Source of the DNA: an uncultured Bacteroidales bacterium
Lineage (GTDB): Bacteria > Bacteroidota > Bacteroidia > Bacteroidales > VadinHA17
Assembly: GCA_963696535.1 (NCBI GenBank)
Contig: CAVOKP010000013.1
Coordinates: 241,790-305,789, forward strand
Reading direction: 5' to 3'
Length of the DNA stretch: 64,000 nucleotides
Positions 26,491 through 35,137 of this stretch are shown here, piece after piece (position 1 is the first letter of the stretch; every line of letters begins with the position of its first letter). Below the pieces are notes generated by a model, which saw nothing but the letters and a program-made list of their open reading frames with translations, was not told the origin of the DNA and made no database searches. A program made the translations under genes and the position numbers.

Positions 26491-26636
26491 GGTGACGAGA
26501 ATTCAGGATTGCCTCCGGCGATCCATTGGTGGGGGAGCTTCAAAGGCATCAGATCAGACGCCCTGCGGGCTTTAACGAGGGATTACCTCCTCTCTTCATT
26601 CGTCGGTGATCCCTTGTGGGGGAGGCTTCAAAGCCA
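26491..26636 (+). repeat. two tandem ~85-nt units (candidate small RNA region)
   Basis: GGCGATCCATTGGTGGGGGAGCTTCAAAGGC (26517-26547) matches GGTGATCCCTTGTGGGGGAGGCTTCAAAGCC (26605-26635). Each is preceded by ACGAG..GGATT.CCTCC. No credible ORF is present. Confidence 0.4.
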
Positions 26637-26644
26637 GAGAAAAA

Positions 26645-26671
26645 ACACGCCTCTGGCGTGTTTTATTTTTT
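26645..26671. terminator. bidirectional intrinsic terminator
   Basis: Stem ACACGCC (26645-26651) pairs with GGCGTGT (26655-26661). It is flanked by an upstream A-run and a downstream TTTATTTTTT. Confidence 0.65.
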
Positions 26672-26723
26672 GTTTTACTTTCGCCACCTTTCGAAAGCGA
26701 GCTTTCTTTGGTGTCTCAGTAAA

Positions 26724-26749
26724 ACAAAAAAACCGTGCTTTGCACGGTT
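26724..26749 (-). terminator. terminator downstream of tRNA-Ser
   Basis: Stem AACCGTGC (26731-26738) pairs with GCACGGTT (26742-26749). An A-run on the + strand (26724-26732) gives a T-run on the - strand. Confidence 0.7.
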
Positions 26750-26760
26750 TTCTCTGGCTT

Positions 26761-26852
26761 TGGCGGAGAAAGAGGGATTCGAACCCCCGGTCCACCGATA
26801 GGCGGACAACGGTTTTCAAGACCGCCGCATTCGACCGCTCTGCCATTTCTCC
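26761..26852 (-). tRNA. tRNA-Ser (anticodon UGA), CCA encoded
   Basis: The reverse complement is GGAGAAATGGCAGAGCGGTCGAATGCGGCGGTCTTGAAAACCGTTGTCCGCCTATCGGTGGACCGGGGGTTCGAATCCCTCTTTCTCCGCCA. It has acceptor GGAGAAA/TTTCTCC, anticodon loop CT-TGA-AA, a long variable arm and the T-loop GTTCGAATC. Confidence 0.9.
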
Positions 26853-27182
26853 ATACACTTATGAACCCTAAACCGCATTCAACCGCGGAGTCTATCCCGC
26901 ACGGCGGGACCATTTCTCCATTTCTCTCACTCTTTTCCGGTCCGCCGCAAAGATAATATTTTTTTGACTTTTTGGAATTTTTATCTCAAATAATCGAAAT
27001 GTCAGATTATCAGACAGATATACTATTTATTAACAGGATTTTAACATTTCCAAATGCTCAAAATGCGGAAATCTAGAACTAATGGGCTGTTGCGACATTT
27101 TTTAATCACCGGGTAAATTTCCTGAAAAACACCCCACTTTGTACTAAAACCGCCACTATTTGCGCAAAATAGACAAAATTTA

Positions 27183-27213
27183 TTTGCACATGATATAAAT
27201 TGGAATATATTTG
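27183..27213 (+). promoter_or_regulatory. Bacteroidetes-type promoter of the HU gene
   Basis: TTTG (27183-27186), a 19-nt spacer, then TATATTTG (27206-27213), which matches TAnnTTTG. It lies ~43 nt upstream of the ATG at 27256. Confidence 0.55.
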
Positions 27214-27255
27214 TACCCAATTAGAACCATTGGTCTAACCCTTAAATCTTTCATT

Positions 27256-27525
27256 ATGACAAAAAAAGAATTAGTAAATGCAATTGCTGAGGATGCAGGT
27301 CTTTCAATCAAAGATTCAGGCAAGGCTTTGAATTCATTCGTTGCAGCTTTTGGAAAAGCAATGAAAAAAGGTCAGAGAATCCAGCTCCCGGGAATGGGTA
27401 CCTTTAAAGTTGCAAAAAGAAGCGCAAGAGTTGTTCGCAACCCCCGTACCAATGCAAAACTGAATGTTCCTGCAAAGAAAGTTGTGAAATTCAAACCCGC
27501 CCCTGCTCTTAACAAAGGTCTTTAA
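27256..27525 (+). CDS. hup: HU family DNA-binding protein
   Basis: MTKKELVNAIAEDAGLS...GTFKVAKRSARVVRNPRTN is canonical HU/IHF. The ATG at 27256 is preferred because the promoter overlaps the TTG at 27211. Confidence 0.9.
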   Translation: MTKKELVNAIAEDAGLSIKDSGKALNSFVAAFGKAMKKGQRIQLPGMGTFKVAKRSARVVRNPRTNAKLNVPAKKVVKFKPAPALNKGL

Positions 27526-27548
27526 TCCCAATTTATTGAGATTGCCTT

Positions 27549-27578
27549 GGGGGTGTTTATCAAACACCCCCTTTTTTT
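27549..27578 (+). terminator. intrinsic terminator of the HU gene
   Basis: GGGGGTGTTT-ATC-AAACACCCCC followed by TTTTTTT. Confidence 0.85.
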
Positions 27579-27743
27579 GAACAAATCCACCATTTCCCTG
27601 TTTCTTGTTGAAGAAAAAGTTATGTTAGTTAAATACGGGTGTTTGAAAAACTATAAACACCATATTAAAATAATATTCGTAAAGTAGTTTTCAATTTTTT
27701 TACTATTTTTGATCTGCTAAATCCCGGTTCAAAAAAGAAAGCA

Positions 27744-28451
27744 ATGAACTGTATAATAGTCGATGATGATAAACTGAGCTGTAAACTCCTTGAAGGCTAT
27801 GTCAACAAATATGCCTCGCTGAACCTGGTTGGCGTATTTAACGACCCTGTTACCGCAAGGAATGAAATCTCGAAACAAAAAGATGTCGACCTTATACTGC
27901 TCGACGTTAAAATGCCCGAAATGGACGGCTTCGATCTTATCGGAAGCCTCGATCATCCGCCCAACATTATAATTGTATCGGGAGGCGGGGAATTTGCCCT
28001 GAAAGCTTTTGATTTCAATGTTGTCGACTTTCTCCTGAAACCTGTCTCATATGCGAGGTTTTGCAAGGCCATCGACAAGGTAGTCCGCTATTTCTCTCCC
28101 AAGGAAATCAGCAAATCGGGCGATGAGGAGATCTTTATTAAGAAAGGCTCATCACTTGTTAAGCTTAAGCTACGGGAAATCGTTTTTGTGGAAGCTCTTG
28201 AAAACTATGTCACCCTCAACACAAATACCGAGAAGTTCACTATTCATTTTACGATGAAAGCCATCGAAAGCCAGCTTCCGTCAGGTGTATTTATAAGGGT
28301 CCACAGGTCATTCATTATAAACAAGAGCATGATCCAGGCCATCAAGGAGAGCTCCCTTGATTTAATGGTTGGTCATACATTTAAGAACATTCCGGTTGGA
28401 AAATCATTCAGGGATTCACTTCTGAACGACATTAACGTGATGGCCAGATAA
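27744..28451 (+). CDS. LytTR-family response regulator (REC + LytTR)
   Basis: REC domain (IIVDDD...DLILLDVKMPEMDG) and the C-terminal LytTR motif (FIRVHRSFIIN). No adjacent kinase gene. Confidence 0.85.
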   Translation: MNCIIVDDDKLSCKLLEGYVNKYASLNLVGVFNDPVTARNEISKQKDVDLILLDVKMPEMDGFDLIGSLDHPPNIIIVSGGGEFALKAFDFNVVDFLLKPVSYARFCKAIDKVVRYFSPKEISKSGDEEIFIKKGSSLVKLKLREIVFVEALENYVTLNTNTEKFTIHFTMKAIESQLPSGVFIRVHRSFIINKSMIQAIKESSLDLMVGHTFKNIPVGKSFRDSLLNDINVMAR

Positions 28452-28466
28452 TCAGCCGACTTTCAG

Positions 28467-29672
28467 ATGTTCAAAAACCGGCAGCTTTTTCTTAAACATC
28501 TCGGACAAACATCTCTTTCACCCTTGCTTCTTGAAATAGAAAGGGCCGAAGGAGTTTTTCTTTTTGGCCCTTCAGGGGAGAAATATCTCGACCTTATATC
28601 TGGCGTTTCAGTAAGCAACACCGGACACAGGCATCCTAAAGTCGTAAACGCGGTTAAGGAACAGGTCGATTCGTATATGCATCTGATGGTTTATGGAGAA
28701 ATGATCCAGAGCCCCCAGGTGAAATATGCTGAACATCTTGCCGGGTCACTTCCGCCTTCACTCGGTTGTGTCTATTTTGTCAATTCGGGAAGCGAGGCAG
28801 TCGAGGGCGCACTGAAGCTTGCCAAGAGATTCACGGGCCGCAGCAAGATTGTCTCATTTGAGAATTCTTACCATGGAAGCACTCACGGCGCCCTTAGCAT
28901 CCAGGGCAGCGAAGAATTCCGGAATGCCTTCAGGCCCCTTCTGCCGGATACATTCCGTGCCAGGTTCAACGATATGGAATCCCTTGAAATAATTGATGAA
29001 AAAACGGCATGCGTCATAATAGAGCCAGTACAGGGTGAGGCAGGTATAATCTGGCCTGAAAAAGGGTTCCTTGAAATGGTTAGGCAAAAATGCAGCGAAA
29101 CAAAGTCTCTACTTGTATTCGACGAGATCCAGACCGGTTTCGGACGCCTGGGCCACATGTTTGCACTCGACAGGTTCGGGGTTGTGCCCGACATTCTCCT
29201 TCTTGCAAAAGCACTGGGAGGAGGAATGCCTCTGGGTGCCTTTATTTCGTCGGGTGAGATCATGTCATCACTTGCTTCCAAACCGCCCCTTGGACATATA
29301 ACCACATTCGGGGGACATCCGGTATGCTGTGCTGCCGGACTTGCATCAATGAAGGTGCTTAAGGAAGAATACCTTATTGAATCATGCTCCGGTAAATCAA
29401 AGCTCTTCAGGGATCTGCTGCGTCATGATCTTATTTCCTCAATAAGAGGGGAGGGGCTGCTGCTTGCAGTTCAGCTCAAAAAACCCGAACATGTGAAGAT
29501 GGCGATTTCCAGGGCTCCGGATTTTGGCCTGATACTTGATTATTTCCTTTTCTGCAACGATTCATTCAGGATTGCACCTCCCCTTACAATCAGCGAGGAA
29601 GAAATCTCTCTGGCATGCAGGCAGGTTATCGCTCTTCTGGATGAAGTGCAGAGAAATACATCCGATAAATGA
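28467..29672 (+). CDS. class-III PLP aminotransferase (acetylornithine/ornithine aminotransferase-like)
   Basis: Class III aminotransferase hallmarks SGSEAVEGALKLA, the VFDEIQTGFGR motif and LLAKALGGGMPLGA. Confidence 0.8.
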   Translation: MFKNRQLFLKHLGQTSLSPLLLEIERAEGVFLFGPSGEKYLDLISGVSVSNTGHRHPKVVNAVKEQVDSYMHLMVYGEMIQSPQVKYAEHLAGSLPPSLGCVYFVNSGSEAVEGALKLAKRFTGRSKIVSFENSYHGSTHGALSIQGSEEFRNAFRPLLPDTFRARFNDMESLEIIDEKTACVIIEPVQGEAGIIWPEKGFLEMVRQKCSETKSLLVFDEIQTGFGRLGHMFALDRFGVVPDILLLAKALGGGMPLGAFISSGEIMSSLASKPPLGHITTFGGHPVCCAAGLASMKVLKEEYLIESCSGKSKLFRDLLRHDLISSIRGEGLLLAVQLKKPEHVKMAISRAPDFGLILDYFLFCNDSFRIAPPLTISEEEISLACRQVIALLDEVQRNTSDK

Positions 29673-30493
29673 AGAAAATCTCCATATTCTTAATCCTTGC
29701 TTTTATTAAGTTGTTTTCAGTTTCTGAAGGCGTGGCTTCAGGATCTGATACTTCAGCGGTCCTTGCAAAGCTTTTTTCCCGGTTGATGGCCAGCCGCGAT
29801 GACACTCACAGGATAAGAATAAATGATTCAATAAAATTCATTATTGACGGCTACTCCGAATCCGATACGGCATTCACTCACAGATTCGATAACCTGAAAT
29901 ACCTGGGGCAGATCACTTCAAAAGATTCCCGGCTGAAAATAATTACATGGAACCTGATCCTTGCAGATTCTCCGGGAAGGTATTACTGTTATTTTATTAA
30001 CAATACCGGAAAGCAAAGCCGCGTTTACCGGCTTGAGGGCAGATACACTGAAGCCCCGGTAAAAAGCGAAGTCATATATAACGAAAAAGACTGGTACGGA
30101 GCTCTTTATTATGATCTGAGACGATATGGGAAAGGCAATGAAAACTACTGGGTGCTTCTGGGAATTGATTTCGGGAATCCTTCCATCACCCGGAAGATAA
30201 TTGATGTGGTGAGCTTCACTCCGGAAGGCAGAATAATTTTCGGCCGGAGAATTTTTGGCCAGGGAGATACGGCAAAATTCAGGGAGGTACTTGAATACAG
30301 CTCCGAAGCCGTGGTATCACTGAAATTCGTTTCAGATAAATCGATAGTGTTTGATCATCTTGTTCCTCTCTCCCCGGCCATGAAAGATAATAAGCAATAT
30401 TACGGTCCAGATTTCTCATACGACGCCTTCAATCTCGAAAAGGGTGCCTGGATCTTCAGGTCAAACGTGGATATAAGAAACAGGAAGAAGTAG
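29669..30493 (+). CDS. secreted hypothetical protein
   Basis: Has a signal peptide and is translationally coupled to the aminotransferase by a 4-nt overlap. No family was recognised. Confidence 0.5.
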   Translation: MKKISIFLILAFIKLFSVSEGVASGSDTSAVLAKLFSRLMASRDDTHRIRINDSIKFIIDGYSESDTAFTHRFDNLKYLGQITSKDSRLKIITWNLILADSPGRYYCYFINNTGKQSRVYRLEGRYTEAPVKSEVIYNEKDWYGALYYDLRRYGKGNENYWVLLGIDFGNPSITRKIIDVVSFTPEGRIIFGRRIFGQGDTAKFREVLEYSSEAVVSLKFVSDKSIVFDHLVPLSPAMKDNKQYYGPDFSYDAFNLEKGAWIFRSNVDIRNRKK

Positions 30494-30555
30494 TTTCTGG
30501 TTTCTGGTTCCATGTTGCTAGTTTCTGGTTGCTAGTTTCTCTCTGCTGTTTGCCT
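30493..30555. repeat. heptamer array (GTTTCTG / GTTGCTA units)
   Basis: Reads GTTTCTG GTTTCTG GTTCCAT GTTGCTA GTTTCTG GTTGCTA GTTTCTC TCTGCTG TTTGCCT. Its reverse complement resembles the array at 6299-6354. Confidence 0.8.
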
Positions 30556-30560
30556 TTTTG

Positions 30561-30705
30561 CCCCTAAATCCCCTGAAGGGGACTTTCGCGTTATCCGGAA
30601 AATCAAAGAGGGTGTCTCATAAGCCAACAAAATTACCCCCTGCCCCCTAAAGGGGATTCTCTAAAATACTGAATATCTGAAAGTCCCCTTTAGGGGATTT
30701 AGGGG
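30561..30705. repeat. MITE-like element with 26-bp terminal inverted repeats
   Basis: CCCCTAAATCCCCTGAAGGGGACTTT (30561-30586) matches the reverse complement of AAAGTCCCCTTTAGGGGATTTAGGGG (30680-30705) with one mismatch. The right half is duplicated at 1401-1500. Confidence 0.7.
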
Positions 30706-30844
30706 TAGGTAACGAGAAGCAGGCTTTTGAGACAACCTCTAGGGGACAAAACAACCAAAAAGTGACTATTTGTCAGTTTCCAGTGAACGGCATATATTTT
30801 GAATGGAAATGGGGTTGATTGTCTAACCTTTTAAAATTACCGAT

Positions 30845-32890
30845 ATGCAAACAGGAAAAATAGGAGTTACCACCGAGAACATATTTCCGATAATAAAGAA
30901 ATTCCTCTATTCTGATCATGAGATATTTCTCCGCGAACTTATCTCAAATGCCGTTGATGCAACCCAGAAGCTGAAGGCAGTTGCCTCGGCAGGAGATTTT
31001 AAAGGGGATCTGGGTGACCTGACCATCAGGGTTTCGGTTGACAAAAAGAAGAAAACAATAAAGGTCTCCGATTCCGGTGTCGGGATGACATCCGGCGAGA
31101 TCGACAAATACCTCAACCAGATAGCCTTTTCGAGCGCAAATGATTTTCTTGAAAAATACAAGGATCAGGTGAATTCAATGATCGGTCACTTCGGTCTTGG
31201 ATTCTATTCTTCATTCATGGTGTCGGACAAGGTTGAAGTGATTTCAAAATCCTGGGATGAAACGGAACCGGCAGTGAAGTGGACCTGCGACGGGAGCCCT
31301 GAATACAAGATTGAAGAAACCGTCAGGGAGGTCAGGGGAACTGACGTTATCCTTTACATCGACAAGGAGTCGAAGGATTTCCTCGAGGAGAACAAGATTG
31401 AGGAGCTTCTTAAGAAATACTGTAAATTCCTTCCCGTTGAAATCGCTTTCGGCCAGGAGAAGGAGTGGAAGGACGGAAAATATGTAGAGACCGGAAAAGA
31501 CAAGATAATAAACAACACAAAACCGGCATGGACCCTGAAGCCTGCCGATCTTAAGGAGGAAGACTACCTTAAATTCTATAAGGAGCTCTATCCCGTCGGC
31601 GATGACCCGTTGTTCAACATCCACCTGAATGTCGACTATCCATTCAAACTTACGGGGATACTCTATTTCCCGAAGATCAAATCAAACATCGAGATACAGA
31701 AGAATAAGATACAGCTTTACTCCAACCAGGTATTCGTTACCGATTCCGTCGAAGGGATCGTTCCCGAGTTCCTCACGCTCCTGCACGGGGTAATTGATTC
31801 TCCCGATATACCGCTGAACGTCTCCAGGAGCTATCTCCAGAGCGATTCAAATGTAAAGAAGATTTCTTCGCACATCACAAAGAAGGTTGCCGACAGGCTC
31901 AACGATATTTTCAAGAATAACCGCGAGGAGTTTGAAAAGAAATGGGATAACCTGAAGCTTTTTATCGTGTATGGAATGATAACGGAGGAGAAATTCTATG
32001 AAAAGGCCTCAAAATTTGCACTCTTCAAAACCACCGATGACAAGTATTTTACATACGAGGAGTATGAAAAGCTGATTAAGGCTAACCAGACCGACAAGAA
32101 CAAGACGCTGGTTTACCTCTATTCAACCAATAAGACGGATCAGTATACTTATATCGAAAAAGCAAAAAGCAAGGGCTATGATGTCCTCAACCTCGACGGT
32201 CAGCTCGACATTCACCTTATCAATCACCTTGAGACCAAGTTTAAGGATTCAAGGTTTGTCAGGGTCGACTCAGATGTGATTGACAAGCTTATTCTCAAGG
32301 AGGAACCAAAAAAATCAAAACTTTCGCAGGTCCAGCAGGATGACCTGAAAAGCGTTTTCAACGTCAGGGTCAAATCTAAGGAGATCTATAACGCCGTTCC
32401 AGAGACTCTCGACGAAAATGATGCCCCCGTGATTATTACCCAGTCGGAATTCATGCGCAGGATGAAGGAGATGTCGCAGCTTGGAGGCGGGATGAATTTC
32501 TACGGTGAGCTTCCCGACAGCTTCAACCTTGTGGTCAATGTAAACCATCCGCTTGTGGTAAAGATATCGGAGGACCTTCAGACCCGGGAAAGCAGCAAAC
32601 TCGAGGCAAATAATACCGAACGGGAAAGGCTCAGGGAGGAGATCTCATTCATGGAAAAGGAGCATGGCAAGAAAAAGCATGACGAGATCAGCCAGTTCGA
32701 AAAGGATGATCTTGAGAAACTCCGCAAGGAACTCGAGACAATCGAATCGGCAAGGAAGGAGATTCTTGAGGGTTACGGATCAGGCAGCAAAATAGTCAAA
32801 CAGTTGATCGACCTTGCATTGCTTGCAAATAATATGCTGAGGGGAGAGGATCTGAGCACTTTCGTGAAACGAAGCGTGGAGCTGCTTTAA
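30845..32890 (+). CDS. htpG: molecular chaperone HtpG (Hsp90)
   Basis: 681 aa. The N-terminal GHKL ATPase motif FLRELISNAVDA and overall Hsp90 architecture are present. Confidence 0.9.
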   Translation: MQTGKIGVTTENIFPIIKKFLYSDHEIFLRELISNAVDATQKLKAVASAGDFKGDLGDLTIRVSVDKKKKTIKVSDSGVGMTSGEIDKYLNQIAFSSANDFLEKYKDQVNSMIGHFGLGFYSSFMVSDKVEVISKSWDETEPAVKWTCDGSPEYKIEETVREVRGTDVILYIDKESKDFLEENKIEELLKKYCKFLPVEIAFGQEKEWKDGKYVETGKDKIINNTKPAWTLKPADLKEEDYLKFYKELYPVGDDPLFNIHLNVDYPFKLTGILYFPKIKSNIEIQKNKIQLYSNQVFVTDSVEGIVPEFLTLLHGVIDSPDIPLNVSRSYLQSDSNVKKISSHITKKVADRLNDIFKNNREEFEKKWDNLKLFIVYGMITEEKFYEKASKFALFKTTDDKYFTYEEYEKLIKANQTDKNKTLVYLYSTNKTDQYTYIEKAKSKGYDVLNLDGQLDIHLINHLETKFKDSRFVRVDSDVIDKLILKEEPKKSKLSQVQQDDLKSVFNVRVKSKEIYNAVPETLDENDAPVIITQSEFMRRMKEMSQLGGGMNFYGELPDSFNLVVNVNHPLVVKISEDLQTRESSKLEANNTERERLREEISFMEKEHGKKKHDEISQFEKDDLEKLRKELETIESARKEILEGYGSGSKIVKQLIDLALLANNMLRGEDLSTFVKRSVELL

Positions 32891-32902
32891 TATTACTGAC
32901 CG

Positions 32903-32960
32903 CTGGCGCCGATTTGCAATCGGTGCCAGAATTGCCAGGCACGGATTGCAAATCCGCGCC
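32903..32960. terminator. pair of related hairpins between convergent genes (probable bidirectional terminator)
   Basis: H1 is CTGGCGCCGATT-TGC-AATCGGTGCCAG (32903-32929). H2 is GGCACGGATT-GCA-AATCCGCGCC (32938-32960). H2 resembles the reverse complement of H1, with paired changes CCGATT/AATCGG to CGGATT/AATCCG. Confidence 0.55.
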
Positions 32961-32983
32961 AGCAAGAGAAATTAAAAGGGAGT

Positions 32984-33505
32984 TTAGATCATTCTTCCGA
33001 CTTCACCCTTTATATAATCGATTGCTGCCCTTGTGGGCTCCTGATCGAGTTCCATCACCTTGCCAAGAAGCTGTTTGCTTAGTTCGAGGCCGGGAGCATC
33101 ACCCTTAATCTTTTCGGCTTCGCTATTGATTATCTTGATTGTGTTGGAGCGGGCGTTCCTGACAACCTCCCAGGCCTGCGGGCTCATATAGATCTGCTGG
33201 GAAAGGTTATGCTCGAATTCACTCCTTATCGTTGTAACAAGGGCAGACTGCAGCTGCGAGGCTGTCATGTCGGGAGTGCTGACCCTCATAAGCAGGGATT
33301 CGAGGGATATTCTTTCAAGGAAAAGGACGATCCGTTCATATGCCTGGAGCTTGATCGGGGTGACACTCCTGGCACCCTGAAGGATTATTTCCTGCCTTCT
33401 CTTCTCCTGATCGTTTTTAATCATATTCCGCAGGATCATCCATGCAGTCAATAGAACCAGCAGAGCAGGAACAACGATTTTTATAATGTCAATAAGATAT
33501 TCCAT
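32984..33505 (-). CDS. N-terminally anchored hypothetical protein
   Basis: The start MEYLIDIIKIVVPALLVLLTAWMIL gives a single TM helix, followed by a helical soluble domain. No family was recognised. Confidence 0.5.
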   Translation of the reverse strand: MEYLIDIIKIVVPALLVLLTAWMILRNMIKNDQEKRRQEIILQGARSVTPIKLQAYERIVLFLERISLESLLMRVSTPDMTASQLQSALVTTIRSEFEHNLSQQIYMSPQAWEVVRNARSNTIKIINSEAEKIKGDAPGLELSKQLLGKVMELDQEPTRAAIDYIKGEVGRMI

Positions 33506-33597
33506 GGTAAACAGATTAAAAATACAAACGTAAGATAATTTCACTGAATTAGTTATTTCTAACGATAGGTTATTGTCTTAAAAAAGAACAAGAAAAA

Positions 33598-33700
33598 TTA
33601 ACCGCAAAGGACACAGAGTATTCGCAAAGGTCGCGAAGTACTTTTTAATAGTCTATTAGCTTTGCGTGCTTTGCGAATACTCTGTGTCCTTTGCGGTTAA
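33598..33700. repeat. perfect 32-bp inverted repeat (103-bp palindromic element)
   Basis: TTAACCGCAAAGGACACAGAGTATTCGCAAAG (33598-33629) is the exact reverse complement of 33669-33700. The loop is 39 nt. It lies in the divergent region between the 33505(-) and 33802(+) starts. Confidence 0.85.
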
Positions 33701-33801
33701 AATCATTCTCGTAACATCCGGGGAATATTCTTTTTGTTTTTAATTTTTACTTCATACATTTGATTCCGTCCTTAACGGATTTTCACTTCAAAAATCTATT
33801 T

Positions 33802-34995
33802 ATGGAATACTTATCTGACAGAATAAAATCGCTATCGGTTTCCCAAACGCTTGCAATGGCTCAGAAGAGCAGGGAATTAAAGGCAAAAGGTCTGGATATC
33901 ATCAGTCTGAGCCTTGGGGAGCCCGATTTCAATACCCCTGAATATATCAAGGAGGCTGCCAAAAGGGCCATCGATGAGAATTATTCAAAGTACCCTCCCG
34001 TTCCGGGTTACAATGATCTCAGGGATGCCATTTCGAAGAAGTTCAGGGAGGAGAACGGCATCAGTTATACAAGCGATCAGATAATCGTATCGGCGGGAGG
34101 GAAACATTCACTTATCAATGTAATCCTGTCAATTGTCAATCCGGGGGAGGAAGTGATAATCCTGGCCCCGTACTGGGTAAGCTATTATGATCAGATCATT
34201 CTTGCCGGCGGAAAGCCGGTGGTTGTTGAAGCGCTGCTTGAGAATGATTTCAAGGTCAGCCCCGGCCAGCTTGAATCGGCAATCACAGAAAAGACACGGC
34301 TTGTGATTTTCAATTCTCCGTCGAATCCGACGGGGATGGTTTATTCGGGGGAAGAGATGGAAAAAATCGCCAGGGTGATTGAAAGGCATGAGGGGCTTTT
34401 TGCAATCTCCGATGAGATATATGAGCACATTATCTTTGAAGGCAGCCATGTCAGCCTGGCATCATTCGATTTTATTTACGACCGCGTGATAACAGTCAAC
34501 GGAGTTTCAAAGGGATATGCCATGACAGGCTGGAGGATCGGGTATATCGGTGCTCCTCTCTGGCTTGCAAAAGCCTGCAACAAGCTCCAGGGACAGTTTA
34601 CCTCGGGAGTCTGTTCAATTGCCCAGAGGGCGGCCCTTGCAGCCATCGGGGGAGATGACGGGTCGCGGCAGATGATGAAGGAGGCATTTCACCGGCGGCG
34701 CGATCTTATATGCGGGCTGCTGAATGAAGTTAAAGGAATTAAGTTAAGAGTCCCCCAGGGAGCTTTCTATGTAATGCCTGATATATCCTGGTATCTTGGG
34801 AAATCAGATGGAAATACGGTGATAAACAATTCCGACGATCTCGCACTCTTCCTTCTTGACAAGGCACAGGTTGCGGTAGTTGGCGGAGATGCTTTCGGAG
34901 CGCCGGAATGCATAAGGATATCATATGCAAATTCGGATGAATTGCTTGTTGAAGCTGTAAAGAGGATTAAGAAAGCCCTTGAACTATTGAAATAA
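33802..34995 (+). CDS. PLP-dependent aminotransferase class I/II (aspartate aminotransferase-like)
   Basis: Motifs LSLGEPDFNTP, NSPSNPTG and the PLP-lysine context VNGVSKGYAMTGWR. The ATG at 33802 is preferred over the TTG at 33760. Confidence 0.85.
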   Translation: MEYLSDRIKSLSVSQTLAMAQKSRELKAKGLDIISLSLGEPDFNTPEYIKEAAKRAIDENYSKYPPVPGYNDLRDAISKKFREENGISYTSDQIIVSAGGKHSLINVILSIVNPGEEVIILAPYWVSYYDQIILAGGKPVVVEALLENDFKVSPGQLESAITEKTRLVIFNSPSNPTGMVYSGEEMEKIARVIERHEGLFAISDEIYEHIIFEGSHVSLASFDFIYDRVITVNGVSKGYAMTGWRIGYIGAPLWLAKACNKLQGQFTSGVCSIAQRAALAAIGGDDGSRQMMKEAFHRRRDLICGLLNEVKGIKLRVPQGAFYVMPDISWYLGKSDGNTVINNSDDLALFLLDKAQVAVVGGDAFGAPECIRISYANSDELLVEAVKRIKKALELLK

Positions 34996-34997
34996 AA

Positions 34998-35118
34998 GGG
35001 GAACTTTCCCAAAGCTCCCCTCCTGGGGGCCGACCGTAAAGAAATCAGCCTGTGGCTGATTTTAGGGAGGAGCCAGACTGCAGGGGAGATTTGTGGTGGA
35101 GGGGCTGGGGGTGGGTTA
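34998..35118. repeat. GC-rich palindromic element (same family as 25965-26091 and 6236-6290)
   Basis: GGAGGAGCCAGACTGCAGGGGAG matches the reverse complement of 25982-26003. The central hairpin AAATCAGCC-TGT-GGCTGATTT replaces AAATTGCCC-ACC-GGGCAATTT of the other copy. The end GGAGGGGCTGGGGGTGGG matches the reverse complement of 6243-6260. Confidence 0.65.
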
Positions 35119-35137
35119 AAACTCTAGAGATTACAAT

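Noticed and set aside
26491-26640. The tandem units might be tRNA genes or tRNA pseudogenes, since GAGGGATT and CTTCAAAG resemble T-arm and anticodon-loop fragments of the adjacent tRNA-Ser
   Set aside because: I could not fold an acceptor stem, D-arm or TTCGAAT-type T-loop on either strand. The resemblance is limited to two short words.
26509-26956. Several 60-120 aa ORFs on both strands (26509..26871, 26628..26858, 26716..26913, 26735..26956)
   Set aside because: They overlap the tRNA-Ser gene and its terminators and are artefacts of an RNA-gene region.
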